A DNA stretch of 53,320 nt from Patescibacteria group bacterium (lineage in GTDB: Bacteria > Patescibacteriota > Minisyncoccia > Phycocordibacterales > JBBUBG01). The position numbers were made by a program, and so were the translations under genes. How positions within the stretch are numbered: position 1 is the stretch's first letter; every line of letters begins with the position of its first letter. Below the pieces are notes generated by a model that was not told the DNA's origin, did not search any database, and saw nothing but the letters and a program-made list of their open reading frames with translations. The stretch is taken from NCBI GenBank assembly GCA_040384765.1, contig JAZKIQ010000005.1:125927-179246 (forward strand), given 5' to 3'. This document shows positions 19,052-28,484 of the stretch, piece after piece.

Positions 19052-19564
19052 CTACTTATTATCCTTTGAGCCGGTAGTCTCCTTATGATTCCCTTTGACT
19101 CTCTCCAGGATATTTTTAAACGCCGGCTTTGCTTGCTCTGGGGCCTTATCATGCACGAGGGTCAGCACCTCCTCATTTTTTACGCTGTTATCATCGAGCT
19201 TTTGAGAAAGCTTAGGAGCATCCACTTCTTTCTCACGACTTCCTATATACCCCTTTGCTTTTGACTGATTTTCTTCAAAAGAAGCTTCCACTTTTTCAAT
19301 GGTTTCAAGTGAAGCATTTTTGTCTGAAAGCTCCTCAAGCTCTCGAAGCTTATCTGCCGCAATAGAAAGATGCGTTTTAGCCTTGTTTTCGTCAGAGAGG
19401 GCGATAGCAAGCCGCGCACGCTCGGTAGCGGTCTTGATGCCGTATAAAGGACTGCCAGGCAGTGAAATCTGAGCGGTGGCAACAGTGCCGCCCATGAGGG
19501 CAACAAGGCCGATGATGACCGCAGGGACGATTGGGGCGAACCCGCGATTGTGGCGTGTATTCAT
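19052..19564 (-). CDS. DUF5667-like membrane-anchored protein
   Basis: SLPGSPLYGIK..E motif after an N-terminal TM segment; prepilin-like RGF leader. Confidence 0.7.
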   Translation of the reverse strand: MNTRHNRGFAPIVPAVIIGLVALMGGTVATAQISLPGSPLYGIKTATERARLAIALSDENKAKTHLSIAADKLRELEELSDKNASLETIEKVEASFEENQSKAKGYIGSREKEVDAPKLSQKLDDNSVKNEEVLTLVHDKAPEQAKPAFKNILERVKGNHKETTGSKDNK

Positions 19565-19585
19565 AGAGGGAGTATAGCTTAGTTG

Positions 19586-20929
19586 TTACTTTATATCTGT
19601 GAGACCGGTCCGCTTCCACGACTGCCACTTGATGGCCTTGTTTGCATACAAGCTATAGAGAGACTTACCCATCGCGTTTATCTCGATAAAGGTGACGAGA
19701 TAAAACATGAGCCAGCCGATAGGAGCAAGAAGATACACGTTAGTTTTGTTGTACTTTCTGTCCGGAGTAAATATTTGCATCACGAACACAAATACAACGA
19801 TCAGGAGTGCGGCCACAAATGCTGAGTAATCATGGGTAATAAATGATGTGATATACAGAAAGGCAATAAATGGTATTTCGAGAAGAAGCTCGCTGTCACC
19901 GAGCACCGCAAATGGCAGTACGAACCACGAGAGGAATCGATTGTGACCCTCCTTCGTACTGAAGAACAGCTTTTTATACTTAATAAATGTATCGATGCGA
20001 CCTCGCTTCCATCTGAGGCGCTGCTTCATGAGGCTTCTTATATCATTCGCTCCTTCCGTGTACACCACCGCCTCAGCAGCATAGACGATTTTCATGCCAG
20101 CAACCTGTATACGGACAGAAAGCTCAATATCCTCAGTAATATTTGTCTGGTCGTATAGTCCGAGCTTTTCAAATACTTCTCGTCTAAATGCTCCCGCTGC
20201 CCCGCCGATAATATAGATAGAACCTAGAACCGAGTCTGCCCGCTTGAAATAGAATGAAAAAAGGAACTCGAGCGATTGGACCGTCGCAACAAACGACGAA
20301 GTATTTCCGATCTTCACATTGCCGACAGCTGCCATGACTTTCGGATTGGCAAAATGTGACACGAACTGTGTCATCGCCTCAGGATGCGCGATACTGTCTG
20401 CATCGATCGTCACAATGATCTCTCCGGTCGAGAGCCCTATACCGCGATTGAGCGCGCTTCCCTTGCCCCCATTCTCCTGGTAGTGGTACACAATCGTTTT
20501 TTCCCCTTCTCTCTTCTCCTCCTCAAATCGAGCGACAAACTCCTTCATAACAGCGTCGGAGTTGTCCGTTGACCCATCATTGATAACGATAACCTCAATG
20601 TTGTCATAGGTGCTTGCCAAGATGCTTTTTACCGTTGAGAGCACGCCCACCTCCTCATTCCATGCCGGAATAAGTACGGATACTTTTGGGCGATACGATT
20701 CTACCCATGCGCGATTTCGCTTTTTCCATACGTTCCATAGCGCGTCATGCCACGGATTGATGATCATGTAGATCAAATACTTGGTGAGAAATACAAACGA
20801 AGAAAAAATAATGATCGTCTGTATCCACGAAATGCGCACCGTGCTTTTTTGCACCAAGAAAATCGAACCTACCAGCGCAAAACTGATAAGGTACAGAGCG
20901 AAATAGATGAAGAGGCTTCGAGCTTTCAT
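19586..20929 (-). CDS. Processive GT2 glycosyltransferase (PgaC/IcaA/CESA-like)
   Basis: IPAWNEE, DGSTD, DADS, TED, QRLRW, TM segments at both ends; start taken at MKARS. Confidence 0.9.
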   Translation of the reverse strand: MKARSLFIYFALYLISFALVGSIFLVQKSTVRISWIQTIIIFSSFVFLTKYLIYMIINPWHDALWNVWKKRNRAWVESYRPKVSVLIPAWNEEVGVLSTVKSILASTYDNIEVIVINDGSTDNSDAVMKEFVARFEEEKREGEKTIVYHYQENGGKGSALNRGIGLSTGEIIVTIDADSIAHPEAMTQFVSHFANPKVMAAVGNVKIGNTSSFVATVQSLEFLFSFYFKRADSVLGSIYIIGGAAGAFRREVFEKLGLYDQTNITEDIELSVRIQVAGMKIVYAAEAVVYTEGANDIRSLMKQRLRWKRGRIDTFIKYKKLFFSTKEGHNRFLSWFVLPFAVLGDSELLLEIPFIAFLYITSFITHDYSAFVAALLIVVFVFVMQIFTPDRKYNKTNVYLLAPIGWLMFYLVTFIEINAMGKSLYSLYANKAIKWQSWKRTGLTDIK

Positions 20930-20933
20930 ATCT

Positions 20934-21146
20934 CTATTTTTCGGTAAGCTCGTACATCTTGGCGACCATATTTGAGTAGATAACAAGGGCAAAAATGATG
21001 CCCATTACGTCATATGCCCTGCTCGCATCGCTATAGTAGATAAACTGAACAAGGTACAGCAAACCACCGGTCATGAGGAGAACGGGAAAGCCGAAAACAA
21101 GGTTACGAACAAGGCGTTCCATAGGACCTGCCAGTATACTAGACAA
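20934..21146 (-). CDS. Small 2-TM membrane protein upstream of the GT2
   Basis: Two hydrophobic segments; ends 4 nt before the GT2 start. Confidence 0.55.
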   Translation of the reverse strand: MSSILAGPMERLVRNLVFGFPVLLMTGGLLYLVQFIYYSDASRAYDVMGIIFALVIYSNMVAKMYELTEK

Positions 21147-21164
21147 ACTCGTGAATACCTATTG

Positions 21165-21404
21165 TTATGATGAAATCAAAGCCATCTTCTGCTCCTTCTT
21201 ATACCCTTTGATCTCATGCTCGCGCTTCTGTGCCTCTGACCTGCTTGGGCATTTTTCTGTATACACGATGCGAACAACTGTGTGCGATCTCGTATAATGC
21301 CCACCCTTGCCCGCGAGGTGCTCCCGAAAGCGACGCTTCACGTCTGTTGTTATGCCCGTGTACAAAGACCCATCCTTGCACTCGAGAATATAGAGGTAAT
21401 ACAC
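21165..21404 (-). CDS. GIY-YIG nuclease (YhbQ/UPF0213-like)
   Basis: YLYILECKDGSLYTGITTD..RR..H..GKG..YT...RE..IK; GTG start at 21404. Confidence 0.88.
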   Translation of the reverse strand: MYYLYILECKDGSLYTGITTDVKRRFREHLAGKGGHYTRSHTVVRIVYTEKCPSRSEAQKREHEIKGYKKEQKMALISS

Positions 21405-21457
21405 GAAACAAGCATATCCTTTCTGCGCATGGTGGCAAAACCTGATAGTATTGCCGC

Positions 21458-22735
21458 ATGCAAAAACGAGCCACCACAGAGGCAATCGATGCAATCTGGG
21501 ACGTTGCCGTAATCGGCGGCGGGCCCGCTGGCATGATGGCGGCAGGACAAGCAGCAAGCCGAGGTGCTCGCGTAGTACTTCTTGAGAAAAATGACCAGCT
21601 CGGCAAAAAGCTTCTCATCACGGGCGGAGGCAGGTGCAACGTCACCAATGCCGAATCTGATAATAAAAAGCTCCTAGCGAAATTCAAGGAGAGCGGCAAA
21701 TATCTTTTCTCACCATTCTCGCAGTGGAGCGTGCAAGAGACGCTCGATTTTTTTCACGAAAAGCAGATGCCGACGAAAGTCGAGGCAGAACAGCGCGTGT
21801 TCCCGCTTTCCAACAAATCCCAATCCGTCTGGGATACACTCGTGGCCTTTCTCAAAGATTCCGGCGTCACCGTCATCTCCAACGCCCCGGTCATAAAACT
21901 TCACGCAAAAAACAATCTGGTAAGTTCAGCCGAGCTTAGAAAAGGGCGCCAGATCCATGCAAAAAATTTCATCTTGGCCACAGGTGGCACTTCACATCCC
22001 GAAACTGGCTCCACGGGTGATGGCTATGTGTGGCTCCGTGAGCTTGGCCACACGGTAAGCGAAGCCTCGGCTGCACTCGTGCCAATAGCGCTCAGGGAGC
22101 CCGCCAAAAATGCGTCAGGCGTCGCACTTTCAAACGTAAAAATTACACTCTTTCAAAATGAGGTAAAGCAGGGCCAGCGTGTCGGCAAAATGCTTTTTAC
22201 CCATGTCGGGATGAGCGGTCCTGCAATCCTCAACATGAGCCGCGATATTGGTGAGCTCCTCAAGTACGGCCAACTTTTTATCGAAATCGACCTTCTACCC
22301 GAGATGGGCTACGAAGTCGTAAACGAAAAACTCCAACAGATGTTTGCACTGCACGCCAACAAAAAGGTCAAAAACGCTCTCCCCGACCTTGTGCCCACCG
22401 CACTCACTCCCCTTTTGTTCGAACGCGCTGAGATAGACCCAGAAACCCCGTGCAATAGTGTCACCAGAGACGCGCGCATCCGACTCATGAAAATCCTTAA
22501 GCATTTACGCTTCGAAGCAAAAGGCCTCCTTGGCATGAACAAAGCGGTCATTACTGCGGGCGGCGTGTCGCTCGACGAAGTGGACCTCAAAACAATGCGA
22601 TCCTTGAAAGTTGAAAACCTCTTCCTCGTCGGAGATATCTTAAATGTAGATCGCCCCTCCGGCGGCTACAGCCTCCAGCTCTGCTGGACGACAGGATATG
22701 TGGCGGGGGTGGCGGCTAGCGGGAAGCAGGACTAG
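21458..22735 (+). CDS. HI0933/YhiN-family flavoprotein oxidoreductase
   Basis: IGGGPAG, KLLITGGGRCNVTN, ATGG, GSTGDG, TAGGV, GGYSLQ. Confidence 0.92.
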   Translation: MQKRATTEAIDAIWDVAVIGGGPAGMMAAGQAASRGARVVLLEKNDQLGKKLLITGGGRCNVTNAESDNKKLLAKFKESGKYLFSPFSQWSVQETLDFFHEKQMPTKVEAEQRVFPLSNKSQSVWDTLVAFLKDSGVTVISNAPVIKLHAKNNLVSSAELRKGRQIHAKNFILATGGTSHPETGSTGDGYVWLRELGHTVSEASAALVPIALREPAKNASGVALSNVKITLFQNEVKQGQRVGKMLFTHVGMSGPAILNMSRDIGELLKYGQLFIEIDLLPEMGYEVVNEKLQQMFALHANKKVKNALPDLVPTALTPLLFERAEIDPETPCNSVTRDARIRLMKILKHLRFEAKGLLGMNKAVITAGGVSLDEVDLKTMRSLKVENLFLVGDILNVDRPSGGYSLQLCWTTGYVAGVAASGKQD

Positions 22736-22752
22736 CCATTTCGAAATCTCAA

Positions 22753-23394
22753 CTAAAATTCCACAACATATATATCAGGAAACGATTCCTGTAGGTGTGT
22801 TAAACGTTCTTGTGATTCCTTTGCTGCATGTACAGCAAAATCCAAGAAATTATCTTTTAGTTTTCCAAGTTCGCCACTGCGAATAAAGTGATCTACATCT
22901 TTTTGGGATACGAGAGCCCAAAAGTCCCTCGGGAGACCGGTAGTACCCGTGGCAGCTCCATCAACGAATCGTGCTTCTATCCTCTTGGCATACACCTCAA
23001 TGTTACGAGGCAAAAGATATACAAACAGAAGATCGTCGAGGTAATCAGAAAAAACCTCTTTAAAAATCCAATCCTTTGCTATTGCTCCCTCTGTGACCAG
23101 CCGAGACCCACTCAGACACTCTAAGTGAATCACCTTCCGTGCTTCGGTAATAAAAGCTGTAGTGTGCGCCTCGGGACCCTGTCCACGATACGCCGCAAGA
23201 AAGGCCTCACTGCTAGAAGTAACATTAAACGCATGCATCACTGCGCGCTCCACGATCTTGTCTAGCTCAATCTTTTTGTAGTCCAAATTCTCTATCTCAC
23301 GTGAGAGGGTTGTTTTTCCAGAACAGGTTCTGCCTGATATGTATATTAACTTCGGCTTGTTTGCAGAGATGTGCTCAAATAGCTTATTTTGCAT
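22753..23394 (-). CDS. P-loop NTPase/kinase-like hypothetical protein
   Basis: ISGRTCSGKTT Walker A. Confidence 0.65.
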   Translation of the reverse strand: MQNKLFEHISANKPKLIYISGRTCSGKTTLSREIENLDYKKIELDKIVERAVMHAFNVTSSSEAFLAAYRGQGPEAHTTAFITEARKVIHLECLSGSRLVTEGAIAKDWIFKEVFSDYLDDLLFVYLLPRNIEVYAKRIEARFVDGAATGTTGLPRDFWALVSQKDVDHFIRSGELGKLKDNFLDFAVHAAKESQERLTHLQESFPDIYVVEF

Positions 23395-23470
23395 ATTCGT
23401 ATCGAAGTCTCTCTTTTAACTAAATACTATATACACAATTATCCGAAGCCCAATGAGAAGATCGCTATAA

Positions 23471-23541
23471 CTGCCAGACTTGGACTCGAACCAAGATACT
23501 CGCCTCCAGAGGGCGATGTCCTACCATTAGACGATCTGGCA
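23471..23541 (-). tRNA. tRNA-Gln (anticodon CTG)
   Basis: Cloverleaf TGCCAGA...TCGCC CT CTG GA GGCGA...TTCGAGT...TCTGGCA G. Confidence 0.93.
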
Positions 23542-23600
23542 AAGTGTAAAAATAGTACCATGCATGAGCAAAACAGAAAAGCATGGCTCTTTTGTCTGCT

Positions 23601-23724
23601 TCGGACGCAGGAAAAATCTTTGAAGGCGAGGCGGGCAGGAGCAACGAGCGGGGTTGTACATGGGGTACTACCCCGCAAGTAGCGCAGTGCCCAACGAAGC
23701 ATACAAAGATTTTAACCAGTCCGA
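23601..23724. repeat. Stop-codon-anchored palindromic element, copy F (divergent)
   Basis: Arms tcggac..aaaatctttg / caaagatttt..gtccga; core gaaggcgaggcg..ttgtacatggggtacta..caacgaag; abuts the ftsX stop. Confidence 0.7.
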
Positions 23725-24651
23725 CTACACCTTCAGGTAGCGCTGTGTAGCAAGCCAGCTGGATACAGTACCGAGAAGCGATCCCGAAAGAAGAAGAATC
23801 GCAAGGAGCTCAAAGAAGTTTGAGCGATAGTACGTGAGCAGATTAATCCCTCCAAAGAACCCTTCGGTCGCGCTGCCCACCCACAGGGCAACGGGATAAA
23901 AGAGGACCACCACGATCAACGCTGAAAGCACTCCGTACATAAGTCCCTCTACGATAAAGGGCCCGCGTACATAGTTTGAGGAAGCGCCTACAAGCTTCAT
24001 CACCGAAATCTCTTCACGTGCTGTGTAGATGGCAAGGCGAATCGTACCGATAGTGACCGTCACCGACATCAGGATAAAAAGAAGCGTGAGGGCGTACCCG
24101 AGCGTGTGCGCAGAATCAATAATGTTAGTAAGCCGATCGATAATGAGCTTGTTCTGGCGGTAGTTTACCTTGTCGATAATCGAAGCACCCCCTGGCGCAA
24201 GCGCGCTATCAGACTCGAGAAACTTTGCGATATTTTCGTACTCAGACGGATCTTTTGCCTTTATGTTGAGCGTTGCCCCCAATGGATTCCCTCCCACCTC
24301 CTCGAGAGACTCCAAGATAAGGGTGTTATCCTTGTGGCGCTCTTTAAACTCAGCAAGAGCCTCTTCGCTTGAGACATACTCTACCTTTGACACCTGAGGC
24401 AGCTTTGAAAGTGAATCGCGAAGAGCCAAGATATCGGGCTCTTTTGCATCGACACGCATATACACATTTACATCCACCTTCTCCTTGATCTCATCAAGTG
24501 CTGCTTTGGTAAGGGCATTTCCAAGGACAATCGATCCGATCACAAAAAGGGTTGCCGAAACCACGAGCATCGCCGCAAGCGACACCACGCCATTGCGCCA
24601 AAAATTGATGAAGCCTGATTTAAAAACTCGTTTGAGTTTGGTCCAAAACAT
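23725..24651 (-). CDS. ftsX: Cell division permease FtsX
   Basis: Four-TM layout, EISVMKLVGAS..YVRGPFIVEG; downstream of ftsE. Confidence 0.9.
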   Translation of the reverse strand: MFWTKLKRVFKSGFINFWRNGVVSLAAMLVVSATLFVIGSIVLGNALTKAALDEIKEKVDVNVYMRVDAKEPDILALRDSLSKLPQVSKVEYVSSEEALAEFKERHKDNTLILESLEEVGGNPLGATLNIKAKDPSEYENIAKFLESDSALAPGGASIIDKVNYRQNKLIIDRLTNIIDSAHTLGYALTLLFILMSVTVTIGTIRLAIYTAREEISVMKLVGASSNYVRGPFIVEGLMYGVLSALIVVVLFYPVALWVGSATEGFFGGINLLTYYRSNFFELLAILLLSGSLLGTVSSWLATQRYLKV

Positions 24652-24657
24652 ATCGTT

Positions 24658-25338
24658 TTATAGTATATATCCTCCCTTCTTGTCGTCCCTGATCACCTTC
24701 CCTTTTTCAAGCGTTATCACCCGCTTCTTAAGCGAATCGATCACCCCTTTGTTGTGGGTAGTGAGGATGACCGTAGTACCAAGCTCATTAATCTTTTGAA
24801 GAATATCGACAATCTCATGCGTGTTAAGCGGGTCCAGATTTCCCGTTGGCTCATCGGCAATAATGAGGTCCGGCTGGTTGATGATGGCACGGGCAATGGC
24901 GAGACGCTGCTTCTCGCCCCCCGAGAGCTCTCCGGGAAAGTTCCAGATCTTATTCTCAAGCCCCACAAGCTCAAGCACGTCAGGAACAGAAGCCTCGATC
25001 TCTTTATCATGCTTTCCTGCCGCCTCCATAGCAAAAGCAATATTTTCGTACGCAGTCCTACCCGAGAGGAGGCGAAAATCTTGGAAAATAGCACCGATCT
25101 TTCTACGATAGTCGGTCATTCCACGACTCTTAAGCTCGTGAACATTTTGAGACTCGTAGAAAACAGTCCCCGTGCTTGGCTTTTCTTCAGCCAGGAGGAG
25201 CTTGAGAAGCGTCGTTTTTCCTGCACCGGAGTGTCCGACAATAGAGACAAACTCCCCCTCCTCGATCGGAAAGCTTACCGAGTCGAGAGCGATTGAGTTG
25301 TCCGGGTATACTTTGCTAACTTTGTCGAAATAGATCAT
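24658..25338 (-). CDS. ftsE: Cell division ATP-binding protein FtsE
   Basis: GHSGAGKTT, FQDFRLL, LSGGEKQR, ADEPTGNLDP. Confidence 0.92.
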   Translation of the reverse strand: MIYFDKVSKVYPDNSIALDSVSFPIEEGEFVSIVGHSGAGKTTLLKLLLAEEKPSTGTVFYESQNVHELKSRGMTDYRRKIGAIFQDFRLLSGRTAYENIAFAMEAAGKHDKEIEASVPDVLELVGLENKIWNFPGELSGGEKQRLAIARAIINQPDLIIADEPTGNLDPLNTHEIVDILQKINELGTTVILTTHNKGVIDSLKKRVITLEKGKVIRDDKKGGYIL

Positions 25339-25341
25339 TCG

Positions 25342-25410
25342 TTTTAGAGCTCAGAGCTCAGCTTTTAGAGTTCAGTCCAACTAAACTCTAAGCTCTGGAC
25401 TCTAAACTCT
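25342..25410. repeat. Inverted heptamer-repeat palindrome overlapping the prfB 3' end
   Basis: ttttagagctcagagctcag..tttagagttcag / ctaaactctaagctctggactctaaactct. Confidence 0.65.
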
Positions 25411-26272
25411 TTTCTGCGGCTATAAATTCGTCGATTTCTCCTTCGAGCACGGCATCAACCTTTGAAGTCTCCACGCCCGTTCGGTGATCTTTGACCATCT
25501 TGTACGGATGAAGCACGTACGAACGAATCTGATTTCCCCATTCAATAGAGGTCGTACTCGAGATCTGCATCCCTTTCTCTTTCGCAATCCGCTCCTCCTC
25601 GAGACGCTTATATAGTTTACCACGAAGAATCTCCATGGCGCGATCGCGGTTTGCCCCTTGGCTGCGCTCTTCGGTTGCATGTACGGAAAGACCCGTAGGC
25701 TTGTGCACAATACGCACGGCCGTCTCACGCTTATTTACGTTTTGCCCGCCTGGTCCTCCTGAGCGTGCAAACTCCACCTCAAGGTCGGCCTCCGGAATCT
25801 CGAGGTCAGCGGTCTTGGGAAACTTTGGAATCACCTCAACCATAGAAAAGCTCGTGTGACGCTGGCTCTTTGAGTTAAATGGCGAAACGCGTACAAGACG
25901 ATGTACTCCAGACTCGCCCTTGAGCGAGCCATACGCATCACGGCCACTCACCTCAAAGGTGATATTGCGGAACCCGCCATGGTCATTCTGATTTTCGTGA
26001 ATGAGCACTGTCCCCCACCCCATTCGACCCGCGTACTTTTGATACATCAAAAAAAGCATCCCAGAGAAATCTTCTGCATCATCTCCACCTGCGCCCGAAA
26101 AGATAGTCACGATTGCCGGACCCTTGTCATATTTGTCCTTTCCTTCGAGCTCATCCTTTGCTGCTTGGATCTCGCGAATCACCTCCTGTGCATGCACTTT
26201 ATTTTGCCAGAAATCCGGGCTCATCATTTCGGCCTCAAGATCGGCAATTTTTTTGGAGAGATCAGAAGACAT
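25388..26272 (-). CDS. prfB: Peptide chain release factor 2 (short form, no frameshift site seen)
   Basis: [11 protein letters not shown] (SPF motif), [19 protein letters not shown]. Confidence 0.9.
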   Translation of the reverse strand: MSSDLSKKIADLEAEMMSPDFWQNKVHAQEVIREIQAAKDELEGKDKYDKGPAIVTIFSGAGGDDAEDFSGMLFLMYQKYAGRMGWGTVLIHENQNDHGGFRNITFEVSGRDAYGSLKGESGVHRLVRVSPFNSKSQRHTSFSMVEVIPKFPKTADLEIPEADLEVEFARSGGPGGQNVNKRETAVRIVHKPTGLSVHATEERSQGANRDRAMEILRGKLYKRLEEERIAKEKGMQISSTTSIEWGNQIRSYVLHPYKMVKDHRTGVETSKVDAVLEGEIDEFIAAEKSLESRA

Positions 26273-26315
26273 ATATATCAAGCCTATACGACTAACTCAA
26301 AACTGCAAGAAGCTT

Positions 26316-26435
26316 GGACTTTCTAAAATCCCCAGATCCGAGGCGCCGAGGAGAGATAAAGCGGAGTTGTAGATTGGCTACTACGAGGCTTTTCTTGACG
26401 AAGGCAACAAAGGAGGTGGGGATTTTAGAAAGTCC
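26316..26435. repeat. Stop-codon-anchored palindromic element, copy B
   Basis: 19-bp perfect arms ggactttctaaaatcccca / tggggattttagaaagtcc; core gaggagagataaagc..gcttttcttgacg..caacaaagg. Confidence 0.85.
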
Positions 26436-27220
26436 TAGTTGAGTTTTACAAGACCTCGATCAAGCACGACCCTAAAACTACTTCTAAAAAAGAGTAGGGC
26501 TAGCACTATGTACACCAAACTGAGAGCGAAACTCACGCCAAGAGTGCGGTAGTCAATCAGGCCGCTTGAAATATATGTACGCGCCGCTTCAAACACATAG
26601 CTTGAAGGTACAGCCTCTGCAACTACCTGGGCCCACTCTGGAAGTACAGAAACAGGAAAATAGATCGCACTGAATGGAGAGAAGACCCAAGCAAGTGTCC
26701 AGGCTAGAGTTTGCACCCGCGTACCGTACCGCATGATAAACGCAGCGATAATAAGACCCATCCACCAGCCACACATGAGGAGAAGAAAAATGAACGGGAT
26801 AAGATGCAGACCAAAAAAAGTGATATTAAATGCGTAAAGTCCGTACGCAATTGCCGAAGCAACCGCAAAACTGATAACACCCTTTACGATACCTACCAGA
26901 AAATACGAAGCGACCAGCTCACCAATCGTGAGCGGGGTGACAAAGAGGTTCACCAAATTTCTGTTCCACAGCTCTTCGAGCACACTAATAGACACCTCCT
27001 GCTGGCCACGATGTACCACTGTCCAAAGCAGGACACCTGCCAAGATTGGCACCGAAGCAGACTGCGTTTCGGCAGAAAGCGTTGAAAAGTAAAGACTCGT
27101 GAGTCCCCAGAGCACGAGATCAGTAGCTGGCCAATAGAACATATCCGCCGCACGATCGAGGCTGTGTCGAAGGTTGAACATGATACGCACAATCACCCCA
27201 TACATTCGGGTAAGGCTCAT
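26435..27220 (-). CDS. ABC-2 type transporter permease
   Basis: Six TM segments, FPVSVLPEW; overlaps the ATPase gene. Confidence 0.88.
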   Translation of the reverse strand: MSLTRMYGVIVRIMFNLRHSLDRAADMFYWPATDLVLWGLTSLYFSTLSAETQSASVPILAGVLLWTVVHRGQQEVSISVLEELWNRNLVNLFVTPLTIGELVASYFLVGIVKGVISFAVASAIAYGLYAFNITFFGLHLIPFIFLLLMCGWWMGLIIAAFIMRYGTRVQTLAWTLAWVFSPFSAIYFPVSVLPEWAQVVAEAVPSSYVFEAARTYISSGLIDYRTLGVSFALSLVYIVLALLFFRSSFRVVLDRGLVKLN

Positions 27221-28140
27221 AGTTTTTCGCTTATCTGTTTGCTTGCGACCTGAAGGAAGTAGTCCTCGAGACTCGGCTTTTCGATGCTTATTTCGATATA
27301 GGAAAGTGAAGCATGGGTAAGCTCTTGGAGAAAGCCTGCGATCGCGGGCTCGGGCAGCGCCACTACCACCCTCTCTCCCTTCACTTCCGATTGGAAACTT
27401 TTCTTCTCCCCGAGCGCAGCGATCTCGGCTGCATGCTCGGGAGAGAAGAGATCCAGGTGGGCGATTCGGATAGAACGAGCGAGATTCTCTGGAGTATCAT
27501 CAGCCACAATGTTGCCATCAGCGATAAAAATGATGCGCTCGCACATCTCCTCCACCTCGGGCATGTTATGCGAAGTAAACACAATGGAGATACCCGAGCG
27601 CTCCTGCTCCTCTCGCAAAAAAGCACGCAGATAGGCAGCTACTTCTGGGTCGAGGGAAGCAGTAGGCTCGTCAAGAAGGATCACTTTGGGTGAATTGATG
27701 AATGCTTTCGCCAGATTTACCCGCGTAGACTGGCCGGCTGAAAGCTCTTTGATCTGTTCATGCCAAAGATCTTCAAGACGAAACTGCTTCACCACCTCGG
27801 CAAGCCGCTTGCGGCGATTAGAGATATTGTATAGATACGAAATAAACGTGAGATTCTCGCGTACGGTCAGCTCCCACGGCAGATTGGTGTAGGTGGAGGA
27901 GAAGCTTACCTCTTCCATAATCTCGGAGCGGTGGGTTCGCAGATCCTTTCCGAAATAGGTCACCGAGCCTTCGGTCGGAGTCATAATACCAAGGAGGCAC
28001 TGCATCAGAGTAGTCTTCCCCGCTCCGTTTGGACCAAGAAGGCCAAGAATTTCACCCTCTCCAAGCGACAAAGAAACACCGTCAAGCGCGGTGAACGGCC
28101 CAAATTTTTTTACGATGTTTTTTGCCTCGAGAATGGGCAT
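27217..28140 (-). CDS. ABC transporter ATP-binding protein
   Basis: GPNGAGKTT, LSAGQ, LLDEPT, SH. Confidence 0.92.
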   Translation of the reverse strand: MPILEAKNIVKKFGPFTALDGVSLSLGEGEILGLLGPNGAGKTTLMQCLLGIMTPTEGSVTYFGKDLRTHRSEIMEEVSFSSTYTNLPWELTVRENLTFISYLYNISNRRKRLAEVVKQFRLEDLWHEQIKELSAGQSTRVNLAKAFINSPKVILLDEPTASLDPEVAAYLRAFLREEQERSGISIVFTSHNMPEVEEMCERIIFIADGNIVADDTPENLARSIRIAHLDLFSPEHAAEIAALGEKKSFQSEVKGERVVVALPEPAIAGFLQELTHASLSYIEISIEKPSLEDYFLQVASKQISEKL

Positions 28141-28152
28141 AGCGAGCGATAG

Positions 28153-28353
28153 TTACTCCACGAAATAGGTAATGCGGACCTCAGGATCTTCTTCCCGATC
28201 AAAAAATTCCACCGTTTTTTCAGTGACTACATACTCTTGAACTCCATCTTTGGAGTGAAAACTGATCTTTTCTCCTTTTGACAACGGAATCCCTCCCCCT
28301 TCTTCAAGTTCCCGGCCATCCTTAAAAATGACCTTGGTTATTTTTTTAATCAT
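28153..28353 (-). CDS. Small hypothetical protein (66 aa)
   Basis: Fills the gap between the tRNA and the ABC operon; start moved to the ATG outside the tRNA. Confidence 0.55.
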   Translation of the reverse strand: MIKKITKVIFKDGRELEEGGGIPLSKGEKISFHSKDGVQEYVVTEKTVEFFDREEDPEVRITYFVE

Positions 28354-28359
28354 GAAAAG

Positions 28360-28435
28360 TGGAGCCACCTCCCGGATTTGAACCGGGGACCCTTCGCTTA
28401 CGATGCGAATGCTCTACCAACTGAGCTAAGGTGGC
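28360..28435 (-). tRNA. tRNA-Thr (anticodon CGT), CCA encoded
   Basis: GCCACCT...TTCGC AT CGT AA GCGAA...TTCAAAT...AGGTGGC T CCA. Confidence 0.93.
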
Positions 28436-28484
28436 ACAAACGAACTATTTGATAGTACGTTTTTTACTAGCCCAGAGCAAGAAA

